64,000 nucleotides of DNA from Epiperipatus broadwayi (taxonomy: Eukaryota; Animalia; Onychophora), in assembly GCA_028023455.1 (NCBI GenBank), contig JAQFVV010000002.1, positions 32,302,001-32,366,000 on the forward strand, read 5' to 3'. The notes under the pieces were generated by a model. The model was not told where the DNA came from. It did not search any database and saw only the letters and a program-made list of their open reading frames with translations. Below, piece by piece: positions 53,801-64,000 of this stretch. Numbering within the stretch: position 1 is the stretch's first letter; each line of letters begins with the position of its first letter. The translations under genes and the position numbers were made by a program.

Positions 53801-55587
53801 AAATAGCAAAGTCTGCAAAATATGGTCTAAAAATGTCCTATTTAACACAATATGACTAGGTTAATATGCCTAGGAAATTACTCATTAGGAGTGATAGAAA
53901 GGAATAATAGAAATATCAATAATAGTTTTAAAGCAGAAACTAATGGGAGTACTAAAAGTATTATAATTTTTTATATATATAGATACATTGAATGTGCAAA
54001 GTTTATTTGACACAAATATCAAGACCAGAATGGGGCCTGCAATGATGGCTAAGAAGGTGTCAAAATGTAAGATCAATGTAGCTGCTCTTACATAAACTCA
54101 TATCCCAGAATATGATTGGATAACTTTTTTTTTTGGAAAAACATGTCAGTCAGTGATAGGAGAATGCATCATGTTGGATTTGCTGTAAAGTCTTAAATTA
54201 TTATCTTCTATTGACGGAATTTGTTGTATCATTGAAAGGCTAATGTCATTAAAATTCATTTTGCACAAGGGTGGTACTAGGGTTCATTTTATTAGTGCCT
54301 ATGCTCCAACAGATTTAAAGAAGGAAAGCTGTTATTCTCTGTTGGGTAGCATTGTTACAGCAATATCATTAAAAAGATCAAATTTTTCTTCTTGGAGACT
54401 CTAATGCACGCATTATAACAAATAGTAGACTTTGTTCAAAAGTTATTGGAAATAATGATATTGATACTGTAAATTGACATGATCTGTTATGGAATTCTTG
54501 CACAACACATGGATTGACTGTCATAAATTGTTTGTTTAGGCAGAAAAACCATTATAAAGGAGCATGAATGCATCCCTATTCATGTCTGGTATTTAATAGA
54601 ATATATTATAGTTAGGAGTGAGAATACAAGAGAAGTTCACATTACTTGAGCACTTATAGTTTGTTGGACAGATCAAAAATCAGAATTCTCCAAGATTAAA
54701 ACTGCAGTTGCATTTTTAAAATAGATATTATTCAATTCACATTTACAAGAAAATTGATATTCATTCTAAGTATCTTCTATGCTGTTCCGGTCAGATGATG
54801 TATGTTGGTTTAACCCAGTTCAAATACTAGGCGAAAGTACCTTGAGGCCACCCATACGCGAGATCTTAGATCAAGAATACTATGACCTCTGCCCTCTTCA
54901 CCTATTATTGAGTCTAATTACGAACCAACAACATTATCTGAGACGCGTATAAATTTTTTTCTCACCCGGCCCAAAGCTCAGCATCAGGGAGAGACAAGGA
55001 CGAGAACACTTACGGGACTAACTAAGTTAAATGTGCATAATAATATATATAATATGAAATATGTGTTTGTGTGTGCCTGGATCATTGGATAAGTAGAATA
55101 TAAGATTAAGCTAATAAGAAATTGAAATAATATTATAAGACTTAAGCTTTTAGATTCAATAATATAATTTAATAAAATATAAATTGTAAATATTTGAATG
55201 ATTTTAATTATCTTCGCTATTCCCTGATTGATTATATATATGACGTATCAATAAGGCGGAGGGCAATTACATAACATTTTGCAGTTCAAATATTACTTTC
55301 CTATGTTAACTCATGTCCCCTCGATAAAGCAACGTAAGATAATATTACACAAAGCATTCTAATGGCTTTGTGCCTGATACGTAATTTTAAAACATTTAAA
55401 GACATTTTAATAACCATTATTTAACTGGAATAAATGGAAACGAAGTAGGTGTTATCGAGGAGACCAAGTTGGCAGGCAAAAAAAAAAAAGGAAACTTAAT
55501 TATTGTTAAGATAACATATATCATTTTAAATTGGTAAGTTGTAAATGAAAAAATAATTTAAACTGTAAATAAAAAAACAAGAAAACA

Positions 55588-55893
55588 TTTATAAACTATA
55601 ATTTTAAACAGCATTAAACTGTTACACATGCGCTTTAGATTTTTAAATATAAAATGAATGAATACTAACACTTCAACAACCACATGATAAAGTCTTTGGA
55701 AAAGATAGAATGGCCAGTGGCCATCCATCTTTTCGAACCCAAACGCTTTTGTATGGGTTCGATTGGCCATTCTATCTTTTCCAAAGACTTTATCATGTGG
55801 TTGTTGAAGTGTTAGTATTCATTCATTTTATATTTAAAAATCTAAAGCGCATGTGTAACAGTTTAAATGCTGTTTAAAATTATAGTTTATAAA
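55588..55893 (-). mobile_element. Near-perfect fold-back (arms about 130 bp) with an HHR 3' half in the spacer
   Basis: Arms 55588-55716 and 55764-55893 differ by about one indel. The spacer on the minus strand has GAACCCA-tacaaaagcgtt-TGGGTTC-GAAA. Related to the 58557 element. Confidence 0.8.
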
Positions 55894-56353
55894 ATAAACA
55901 TCGCGCTATATAAAATAATTGGCTTAAAACATTTATATGTATTTTAAATGAGGAATAGCGAAGGGGAAAAGGTTAAATATAAATAGATGATCACACAAAA
56001 ATTAAATATACATCTAATATTAATATAATAGAAAACAGTTAAGAAAGGGATTTATCAAAAGGTAAAGTAATAAATAGTTCATGAGGAGACATATGGTTAC
56101 CCGTCTGGTTTCCTTGGTCCAGTTCCCTCGAGGTTTGTGGCTTGATACGACCGTAGAGAGATATTTGTCCGGACAAATGAATTTGGAGTAGGCAGCATTT
56201 TAAAACTAAAGGCACACACACGGCTGACAGTTCGCATTTATAGATGGTTGGGCACGTTAGGCATTTTGATGGACGTAGGACGCCAACGGCAGGCAAAGCT
56301 GTTTGCTTAGCCGCCAATCATGGTCCTTTCCATCAAATTAATATAGCTTTTAA

Positions 56354-57180
56354 CTCGTCGCATGTTGAAACTTAGAATAGGAATTTTTCCGCAAAACTAG
56401 GATCACTTTAAAGCACCGACTCTGAATCTTCACGCACAAAATCTGAATAAGTTCGGAACAAAATACGAATCAGTTGAACAGTAAAATCTGCCTATTTCAG
56501 GAACAATATTTAACTGCTTTTATAAGTAAGATTTCTTCTCAAAGCAAAGCACAGGATCTCATGAATCAGCAAAAGAATCAGAGAAAGACCTAGTCTTTTG
56601 TTCTCCTCTCCTTTTTATACCTTTCTAAAAGCTACCCTTCTATTGTTTTGCATATGATTTTAGATCTTGATAAGCCCCCCACACTCCTTTGTTTTGAAGT
56701 AAGTTTTTACTAAAAATAAACTTTCAATTTCTTTTTATCAAATTGTGCTTTTAAGTTTGAATTTTATTTAATTAAAAGGCCATCTTTAATTGCCTTGAAT
56801 GGACTAACTAATTAAACATACCATTCCTTTAGAAATGTTGGCAGGCTTATCTTAAAATAAAATCATATGCCATTTTAACAAAATTTAAACAACAAAATTA
56901 AAAGAAAAATATCTTATTTCTTTTTAATAAAATAACCTTTTAGTTCAATAGAATTTTGCATTAAATCATATATATACGCTTGACATGTATATATGGTTGA
57001 TTAATAAATTTTAAAAGTAAATTTTCATAGTAATTTAATCTTAACGGAATTTATTTTAAAGAAATATTTTAACACAAAAACAAATTTAAATACCGTTAAG
57101 TAAGCAAAATAAACGTATTAATTTTAGTTTTAATGCAAAACCCTGCTGATACTGGACTATAAACTTAATTCAGGTCTACA
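56354..57180 (-). mobile_element. Probable 5' LTR plus PBS of a Gypsy element
   Basis: Minus strand starts TGTAGACC (57180), has a TATA-like tataaaaagg, and ends tcaaCA followed by tgcgacgag (Gypsy-type TGGCGACGAG PBS). No partner LTR found. Confidence 0.4.
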
Positions 57181-58556
57181 ATATTCGTTAAGTCTATAGA
57201 AGGCTGTGAAGCATGGATCAGACTCCCAGATCCATTGCTTCAATTCAAACTAAATTTCAGTAGCTGTGAAACACTATAATTGCTGATTTGAATCTTCAGG
57301 GTTGTCATATTATTGGATCATGGAATTCTTTTAAGGGTTGTGTTAAGAATACATTTGAGCGTATTCTTGGGTTCATTAAAAAGAAAAAGTATGACTGGTT
57401 TTCTGATAATATTATTATTAACACTTTGATTAAAAGATAACATGACATTTTTTATTTGACAGAATAATATATTAAATGTAGTACTGCAGATTAAATATAA
57501 AGATCTGAAGACAGAAGTTTAACAACTGACAAGAAGTCTTTAAAATGATGAAATTGCAAATAAGATTATTAATTGTGGACATTCTAGATCTTTTTTTGAT
57601 ACGCTGGAAGCAAAATGTGGACCTGAGAAATGATATCACAATCCTCTTAAATCCAACAGTGGCACTTTCTTATATGATGCCAATGATATTTTGAATAGTT
57701 GGAAGGTATATTTTGGTCATCTTTTGAATAATGATTCAAGAATAGAGATGACAACTTGTAATGCTATATCCATTTTATTTATTCATTTAGATTTGGACAA
57801 GAATATTCAGCTTAGTGAAATCAAACAATTCTTTGTAATCTTGAAAATAAAAAGACTGCAGGTTCTGGCGAATTACCTGGAAAGGATTGAAATATGTTAG
57901 CCTCAAAAATATTGGAGCCATGTGATAGGTCAAGTGATAATTTATTGGAAATTTTTAGGAATATATGGACCCATGAAGTTGTAACACCCAATCTTAAGGA
58001 TGCTTTTATTGTTCCAATTTTTAAAAAGAAAAAGAATAGACAAGATTGCAGTAATTATCAAGGAATTTCATTATTATCCACTATGGCAGAGATACCTTCA
58101 AGAATTTTGTTGAATAGGTTGCTTCCATTCATGGATTACAGAGACTCAATGTGGGTTTAGAAAATCAAGAAGCATTCATTGTAGACATCATTTTTGTTGC
58201 CAGGCAAAATACAAGAAACATGTTGAGAATTCATAATTTTAAATGAACCTATAGTTTAAATAATCTTTATTTTTAGATATTTCTAAATCTAAAAATATTG
58301 TATTTTTATAATTCTCTTTTTTTTCTTTATTGATAACCCTATTTAAATTGTTTAATTTATATAAAAGAACTTCAGTAATATTTTTAAAACTATTAATACT
58401 TGAAACAGATTACTCATATTTAGATAATACAAAGTTGAATGTTTGTGCATTTATAAGAAGACTCTTGAGTCATTTTTGGCCAATTTATAATATTTATCAT
58501 TAAAGGCAGCACTAATGTTATCACTTATAAATTTTAAATCTACAATAAATTTTGTT

Positions 58557-59074
58557 TTATATAGTGCTATGTTTTTATGTAATAGTGACATTAGCGATTA
58601 AGCCAATGCACATGCGCTTTAAAGATAAATTATAAATGAATTCTATATCTTGTGTCTGGAAAAATTGAGAGTATTCATTTATAATTTATCTTTAAAACGC
58701 ATATGCATTGGCTTAATCGCTAATATCACTATTACATAAAAACATAGTGCTATATAAAGTAATATTTCATTATATATGTTTAATTTCAACTAAAGAATGA
58801 CGTGTCGTAAATTGTAAAGATTTCGCAAGTGTCATTCGTTCAAACATGGTTTAACACCTTCACACTCTCATTTCCACACGCTTAAGATTTGCCCATACAT
58901 AAACGTTTGGGTCGAAAGAATGGGTGGATTTATTCCATTCTTTCTAAAATACTATATGTTGTGTCTGGAAAAATCGAGAGTATTCATTTATAATTTATCT
59001 TTAAAGCACGTGCCCTGGCTTAATCGCTAATATCACTATTACCTAAAAACATAGCGCCATATAAAATAATATCT
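58557..59074 (+). mobile_element. Non-coding element: inverted repeat, repeat, HHR-like core, repeat; 14-bp TSD
   Basis: Inverted arms 58556-58641 and 58673-58758. Direct copies at about 58643-58768 and 58952-59074 (period 309). caataaattttgtt is repeated at 58543-58556 and 59075-59088. Confidence 0.8.
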
Positions 59075-61589
59075 CAATAAATTTTGTTGTAAATTTATTT
59101 ATAGAAATTTTAATAAAGCACTATCAATGAATATTTATAGATTTTAGACAATCTACAAAACCATATGATTCGACGATATTATTATGTAATTTATCGTTTT
59201 TAATTTTATTAAATTCAAAGATGAAAAAGCAACCATATATTTACCAAACCCAAAATATCCTGAAACTATGTGCCTATATTTAACAGATTCATATATATAT
59301 AAATTTCCAAAATCTATTATTAATGTGAGAGGATGGCCATCCTTAGCAAAAACATACATGAACATATATACCACAGTGTACTTTAAATGATTAAATTTCA
59401 ATGTTAAAATTTGTCCATAATTTTAATTTAATACCATAGTGTGTGTATGTGTATATATATGTAATATTGATTTGTATATTACATATATATTATTATTATT
59501 ATTACTTGTTCTTTGGACTTTATCTGCTCTTCAATATTATAGTTGTCAATCAAATAAAAACCTAATTTATTTATTAGTGTTTTAATTTTATTGTTATATT
59601 AATCTTTTTTAATAAAACCTATTTTAAATCATTATCTTTTTTAAACATGTAGTTCGATCAATTTTGAGATGTTTAAATTCTGTGACTGCATATTTCAGAT
59701 CATCGACTGATAAGTGATACCAAATGTTATAAGTAAATATTTTTAAGAATTCAATGTTTGGTTTTAACTATAATTGCAATCACATAGTTCTTTTATATTA
59801 CTTAGCATTTTTTTCCTTTTAAGCTGTGACATTTTGAAATTGCTATGCATAGCACATAGCAGTTGAAATGTAAACTAGAAAATTTTCCTTTTTATTTTTT
59901 ACTAATTTCTAATTTTTTTTTTTTTTATATTTTTTCAAAGTATGTGTGAATCAATGGATATTGATACAGTAAATACGAAAGCCTCACTGTATAGTAAAAT
60001 TATAATTGATCATACTTTGTATTAATTGTATGTGGATTTACTATGCGATCACAAATTGAACAACAGTAGTTTGGAAACTAATAAAGAATAATTTATAATC
60101 GTGACAAAATTACAAGATCATACTTAAAATTTTCACTTCGTTGTTTTAGTTTAAGATTTACTTGTAATATTTTTTTTAAATCTTCAATAACTTAGTATGC
60201 ATGCATTTTATAAAAAAAATAAAAGGAAAAACAGTACATTAAAGAAATTAATATTATATACTGATGGACTTGATTTTTGGTGCTTTTTTTTGTCTTCTTT
60301 AGTATTTTAAACTTTATTTTGTTTCTAAGGAAAAAAAATGGCTGAAAAATATAAAAAAATGGAAATACTTTGAGCACCAGTTTTTTTTTAAATATATTTC
60401 AGTTGATCATTTACAGTTTGCATAAAGATCATTAAAAAGCTAATAAAAATTTTATTACAAGGAAACAGGAAAAAAAAAAAACTTTATTGGCTAAATGTCA
60501 TTAACAAATTGGTTAAAATTTGCCAGGAAAAAAATTTTTTTTTTTTTCTTATAAACATGCTGTAATAATTAAATAAATGTTTAATATACAGAATGTGTCA
60601 TTAGTATATATCCAATACATAATAAAGTTAATAACTATTGTTATTGTTTGATGTTTAGGTTTAATAAAATGAAGGAAAATAATTGGTTAATGTTTGTTTG
60701 TTTTTTAATTGCAAAGCTATTACGAAAAAAGTAAAACAGTTGGATTAAATAAAATATCCCACTATAAAGCAAAGCCACTCCCATGACCTCTCACAGGAAC
60801 AATGAAGCAGAGGGCAGTAATCACCAGGTTTGATCAGTAATTGGGTGATAATGGTTTGACTAGATTTCCATTCTTGTTTTAATCTTTAGCTAAAATTAGC
60901 TAGATAACCATTTACTGGCTGATATTGGATAATCACTTTGGTTGACTATGAATAAGGCAACAATCTGAGAGGAAAATAAATATGTAGTTGGACATGAGTT
61001 GTAGACCAAATAAATAAATAAATTTTAAAATGAAATTAAAAAAAAAAAGCAAATAGAAATCATCCTATTGAAAGGTATAAAGATTGAAAAATCGTAATAA
61101 TTTGTAATTCTATTGAATAAACCATTAACCTGCCATCTTAATAATCTAATCTGAATAGAACATATTTTTTTAGGTAGTTGAGAATTTTATAAGAAACTTA
61201 TGAAATTGGTTGTTGTTGTTTTTTCTTGTGTAGCTGGCTCAATTAAAAGTTATTAAAGAGCCAATCATTGGTCAATAAATAGATATCTAGCTGTTCATAG
61301 CTAAAGACCAGTACCAGGAAGGGCGAACTGAAGTTTTACTACCTGGCAACTGAATAGCCTAATATATTCTTTTCTGACTCATTACTTTTCTATAAAAGAA
61401 TTCTGGGAAAGTTTTTTGCCTCTACGGTAACTGTTTTAACACATTTTGGTTTTTATCTAAAAGACTTTTGCAATAAGCTATTTAAAAATTTTATTTATTT
61501 TTATCTGTATAGATAAGTAAATAGATATTACGTTTGTGGTTAAAATATATTTTTTTAATTTTTAAAATATTATTTTTAATTATTATTAG

Positions 61590-61715
61590 AGTTCAAGAAA
61601 ACTGCATTCTGTTCAGTATTCAAAAAGTATTAGTTAATTTAATTCCAAGCTGTTACATAGAAGCTGGTAGAAGTATTGCCCACAAGTGTTCGAGACTGAT
61701 TATTATTTGCATTGA
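61590..61715 (+). CDS. BIRC6: BIRC6 exon G (...CYIEAGRSIAHKCSRLIIICI)
   Basis: attag acceptor at 61588-61589, ga|gtaagt donor at 61716, phase 2-2. Matches BIRC6 CFFEAGRSIAHKCARF. Confidence 0.93.
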
Positions 61716-62834
61716 GTAAGTGAATATAAAATATTTTGGTATTATTAATTATAACATATTCTATAATGGTTTTTTTTTTATGAAATTTATGCAATTTTTG
61801 TTGTTTAATTTTGCCAATGTTTTTTTCATCATCGTTATTAGTTATTGACAAAAGATTGATCCCGAATATTAAAACGAGTCATTTTCTTCAGGCTTTTCTA
61901 TTTTTGCTTTAATCCTCAAATACTCATAGCTATTTCCTTTATAAAGATATCCAATAACTTATTTTTTGATGTACCTTTTTTTCTTTAGGTCCTTTACCAT
62001 TCCTTTCAACATATTTCCTCATCATTTATCTGTTTAGGAAATATGTGCATATACTTTCCTGCTTTTAATTTTTTCCAAATATTCTCCCCCCCCCCTCCAT
62101 CTTTCCAATTCTTTTTTTTATTATTTATCTTTCTGATTTATCTTTTTCAGTCTATCCCAAATTTTCTCAGCTGCCAGTTGTTGTTTTTTTTAATTAGCCA
62201 CATTTCTACTTCATGTAAAGCTACGCTTCAAATAAAACATTTAAGAAGCCATTTTTTTAAACGTAATTTCGGAGAACCACAGAATATCCTAGCATTCTTA
62301 TTAAAATCTATTTTAGAAACATTTTTGGCATTGGTTATTAATATGCTATTTAATTTTTATACAATTTAAATGTTTCAAAAATTGTTAAACGTTGAATGTA
62401 ATTAAATATTGTTTTGAAAAAAAAAAAAAATGTTTATCTAATAAAATTGTATGTTTTGGTCACAATAGGTAACATTTATAATGTTCTTTCTGTAGGATGC
62501 ATACATATACCAACTATTTGTCAATGAATATATTCCAAATATCATTGTCATAAAATAAGAGAATGCTATCGCTGGATTTAATAGGATTATGATATCATAT
62601 TTCAGATTCATATGTTTTTAGGTTTCGGAAACAGATCTAATGCGAATGACTGTACCTTCTTTGTTGTATTATTTCATCAATAATATTTAAGTCTTATTAG
62701 TCATTGAATTTCTGCCATTAGATCTTTGTATTTATCACAAAGTTCCACATTTAGTTTATTATTCTGCCAAGCAGAAAAAAAACATATGTTTCTTTTTAAT
62801 CAAATTATTAATAACTAAGAACATTGTCAGAAAA

Positions 62835-63172
62835 CCGGTCATGATTTTTTTTTTTTTATGAAATTAAAAATACGTCTACTTGTATCATAGATTAACATGG
62901 CTCATGGCTCAAGATTAAAATTATAGATGCATTAAAAAATAATTCCAATCATATTTATTAATATATATATATGTGCTCTGCGCACAGTTAATGAAGCTAT
63001 TAATCCGGTCATGATTTTTTTTTTTTTATGAAATTAAAAATACGTCTACTTGTATCATAGATTAACATGGCTCATGGCTCAAGATTAAAATTATAGATGC
63101 ATTAAAAAATAATTCCAATCATATTTATTAATATATATATATGCTCTGCGCACAGTTAATGAAGCTATTAAT
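62835..63172. repeat. 170-bp tandem duplication
   Basis: 62835-63004 and 63005-63172 are identical except for a 2-nt indel. Confidence 0.95.
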
Positions 63173-63389
63173 AAATTGTCAAAATTTTACCTGCCAAGCG
63201 CTTTCGGGACAGTCTACAGTCCCATATTCATGGCGAGTTATTCTGTCACCATGAATATGGGACTGTAGACTGTCCCGAAAGCGCTTGGCAGTAAAAATTT
63301 TGACAATTTATTAATAGCTTCATTAACTGTGCGCAGAGCACATATATATATTAATTTATTTAAACGTTAATGAAGTAAAATCTTAACTA
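63129..63389 (+). mobile_element. Fold-back insertion with A3-U8 HHR in each arm, 12-bp TSD
   Basis: Arms about 63128-63233 and 63249-63354 with a 15-nt loop. aatcatatttat is repeated at 63117-63128 and 63390-63401. Confidence 0.85.
63249..63291 (+). ncRNA. Minimal hammerhead motif with A3-U8 core (mirror copy on minus strand)
   Basis: cc-ATGAATA-t-GGGAC-tgtagact-GTCCC-GAAA-GCGC-TT-ggcag. Helix II is a perfect 5 bp and helix III is AGCGCU. Confidence 0.75.
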
Positions 63390-64000
63390 AATCATATTTA
63401 TATGAAAATTAATATTCATTTTTTAGAAATATTTACTATACAAACTAAATTTCAGCAGCTAATAAACACTAAAATTCCTAATTTGGACCTCCGAAGGTCA
63501 TATTACTGAAACATGAAATTCTCTTAAAGAATTTAATCATCCCGAATGTCCAAATTAGCAATTTTAGTATTTTATTAGCTAATGAAATTTAATCTGTACA
63601 GTAGATACTTCTAAAGAATGAACATCAATTTTTTTTTGAATATGATTTGGAAAAAAATACTATTTTTTAATGCATCCATCATTTTAAGCTTGAATCATAT
63701 TAATCTATGATCATTACAAAAAATCTTGACTTGCAAGTGCTCATGTAATATGAACTTCTCTTGTATTCTGACTCCTACCAATATATTAAATGGCCTTATT
63801 TTGAGTGTGTATGCATCCATATTCCCTAATATCAGTTTCTTTTACCAAAATAAAATGCTTGTGATAATCAATCTATCTGTTGTACAAAAATTCAACAGCA
63901 ATAGATAATTAGAATTTACAGAACCAATACTCTTATTTTCAATAACTTTTGACAAAATCTAAATTTAAACCAACATATACATTAAAGTCTTCAAGAAGAA

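Larger units (their letters stand above)
54060..58230 (+). mobile_element. RTE/BovB-like LINE split into 54060-54740 (APE) and 57200-58230 (RT) by a composite insertion of about 2.5 kb
   Basis: FISAYAPT, LLGD.NARI and HGLTVINCLFRQK..YKG.WMHP, then DAFIVPIFKK..RQDCSNYQGISLLS..RILLNRL and QCGFRKSRS. Confidence 0.8.
1473..61715 (+). other. BIRC6: BIRC6 (Bruce/Apollon) gene, internal part: 7 exons, 6 complete introns; both ends lie outside the window
   Basis: Spliced exons translate to motifs I recognise from BIRC6 (FVSVSYCSG-IERLCAC, EILTSLVELTKFE..PRFSAT..PCW.E.QQEQ.QRRHPQHL, TRTWRLQ, WDEHLFE, LRGCD, EAGRSIAHKC). All splice phases are mutually compatible (1,1,1,2,0,2). Confidence 0.95.

Noticed and set aside
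2347-63908. Most short ORFs in the track (60-110 aa, rich in I/K/F/L/N)
   Set aside because: Expected by chance in AT-rich intron DNA, or antisense shadows of exons and transposon remnants.

Overview
AT-rich animal genomic DNA, probably invertebrate; the species cannot be determined from the sequence. The whole window lies inside one + strand gene, BIRC6 (Bruce/Apollon). Seven coding exons (1473-1606, 7352-8530, 24903-25064, 31364-31580, 40559-41030, 48079-48515, 61590-61715) have GT-AG boundaries and splice phases that join into one open frame. They cover the post-BIR WD40-like region and the segment after it. The 5.7-16.4 kb introns are full of decayed transposons: RTE-type LINEs, Gypsy LTR elements, hAT, pogo/Tigger, Tc1 and tRNA-derived SINEs. 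The strongest non-coding signal is a set of about ten minimal type-I hammerhead-ribozyme (HHR)-like motifs. Most sit in short insertions that have a 5' inverted (fold-back) copy and 10-16 bp target-site duplications, and three are linked to Penelope-like element (PLE) RT-thumb or GIY-YIG remnants. Several HHRs change the C3-G8 core pair in a compensatory way: U3-A8 at two loci, and A3-U8/G3-U8 with a palindromic AGCGCU helix III at three loci. PLE-associated minimal HHRs are known. I could not check whether the A3-U8 family or these non-coding fold-back units have been described. All alignments and folds were done by eye, so boundaries of old repeats are approximate.
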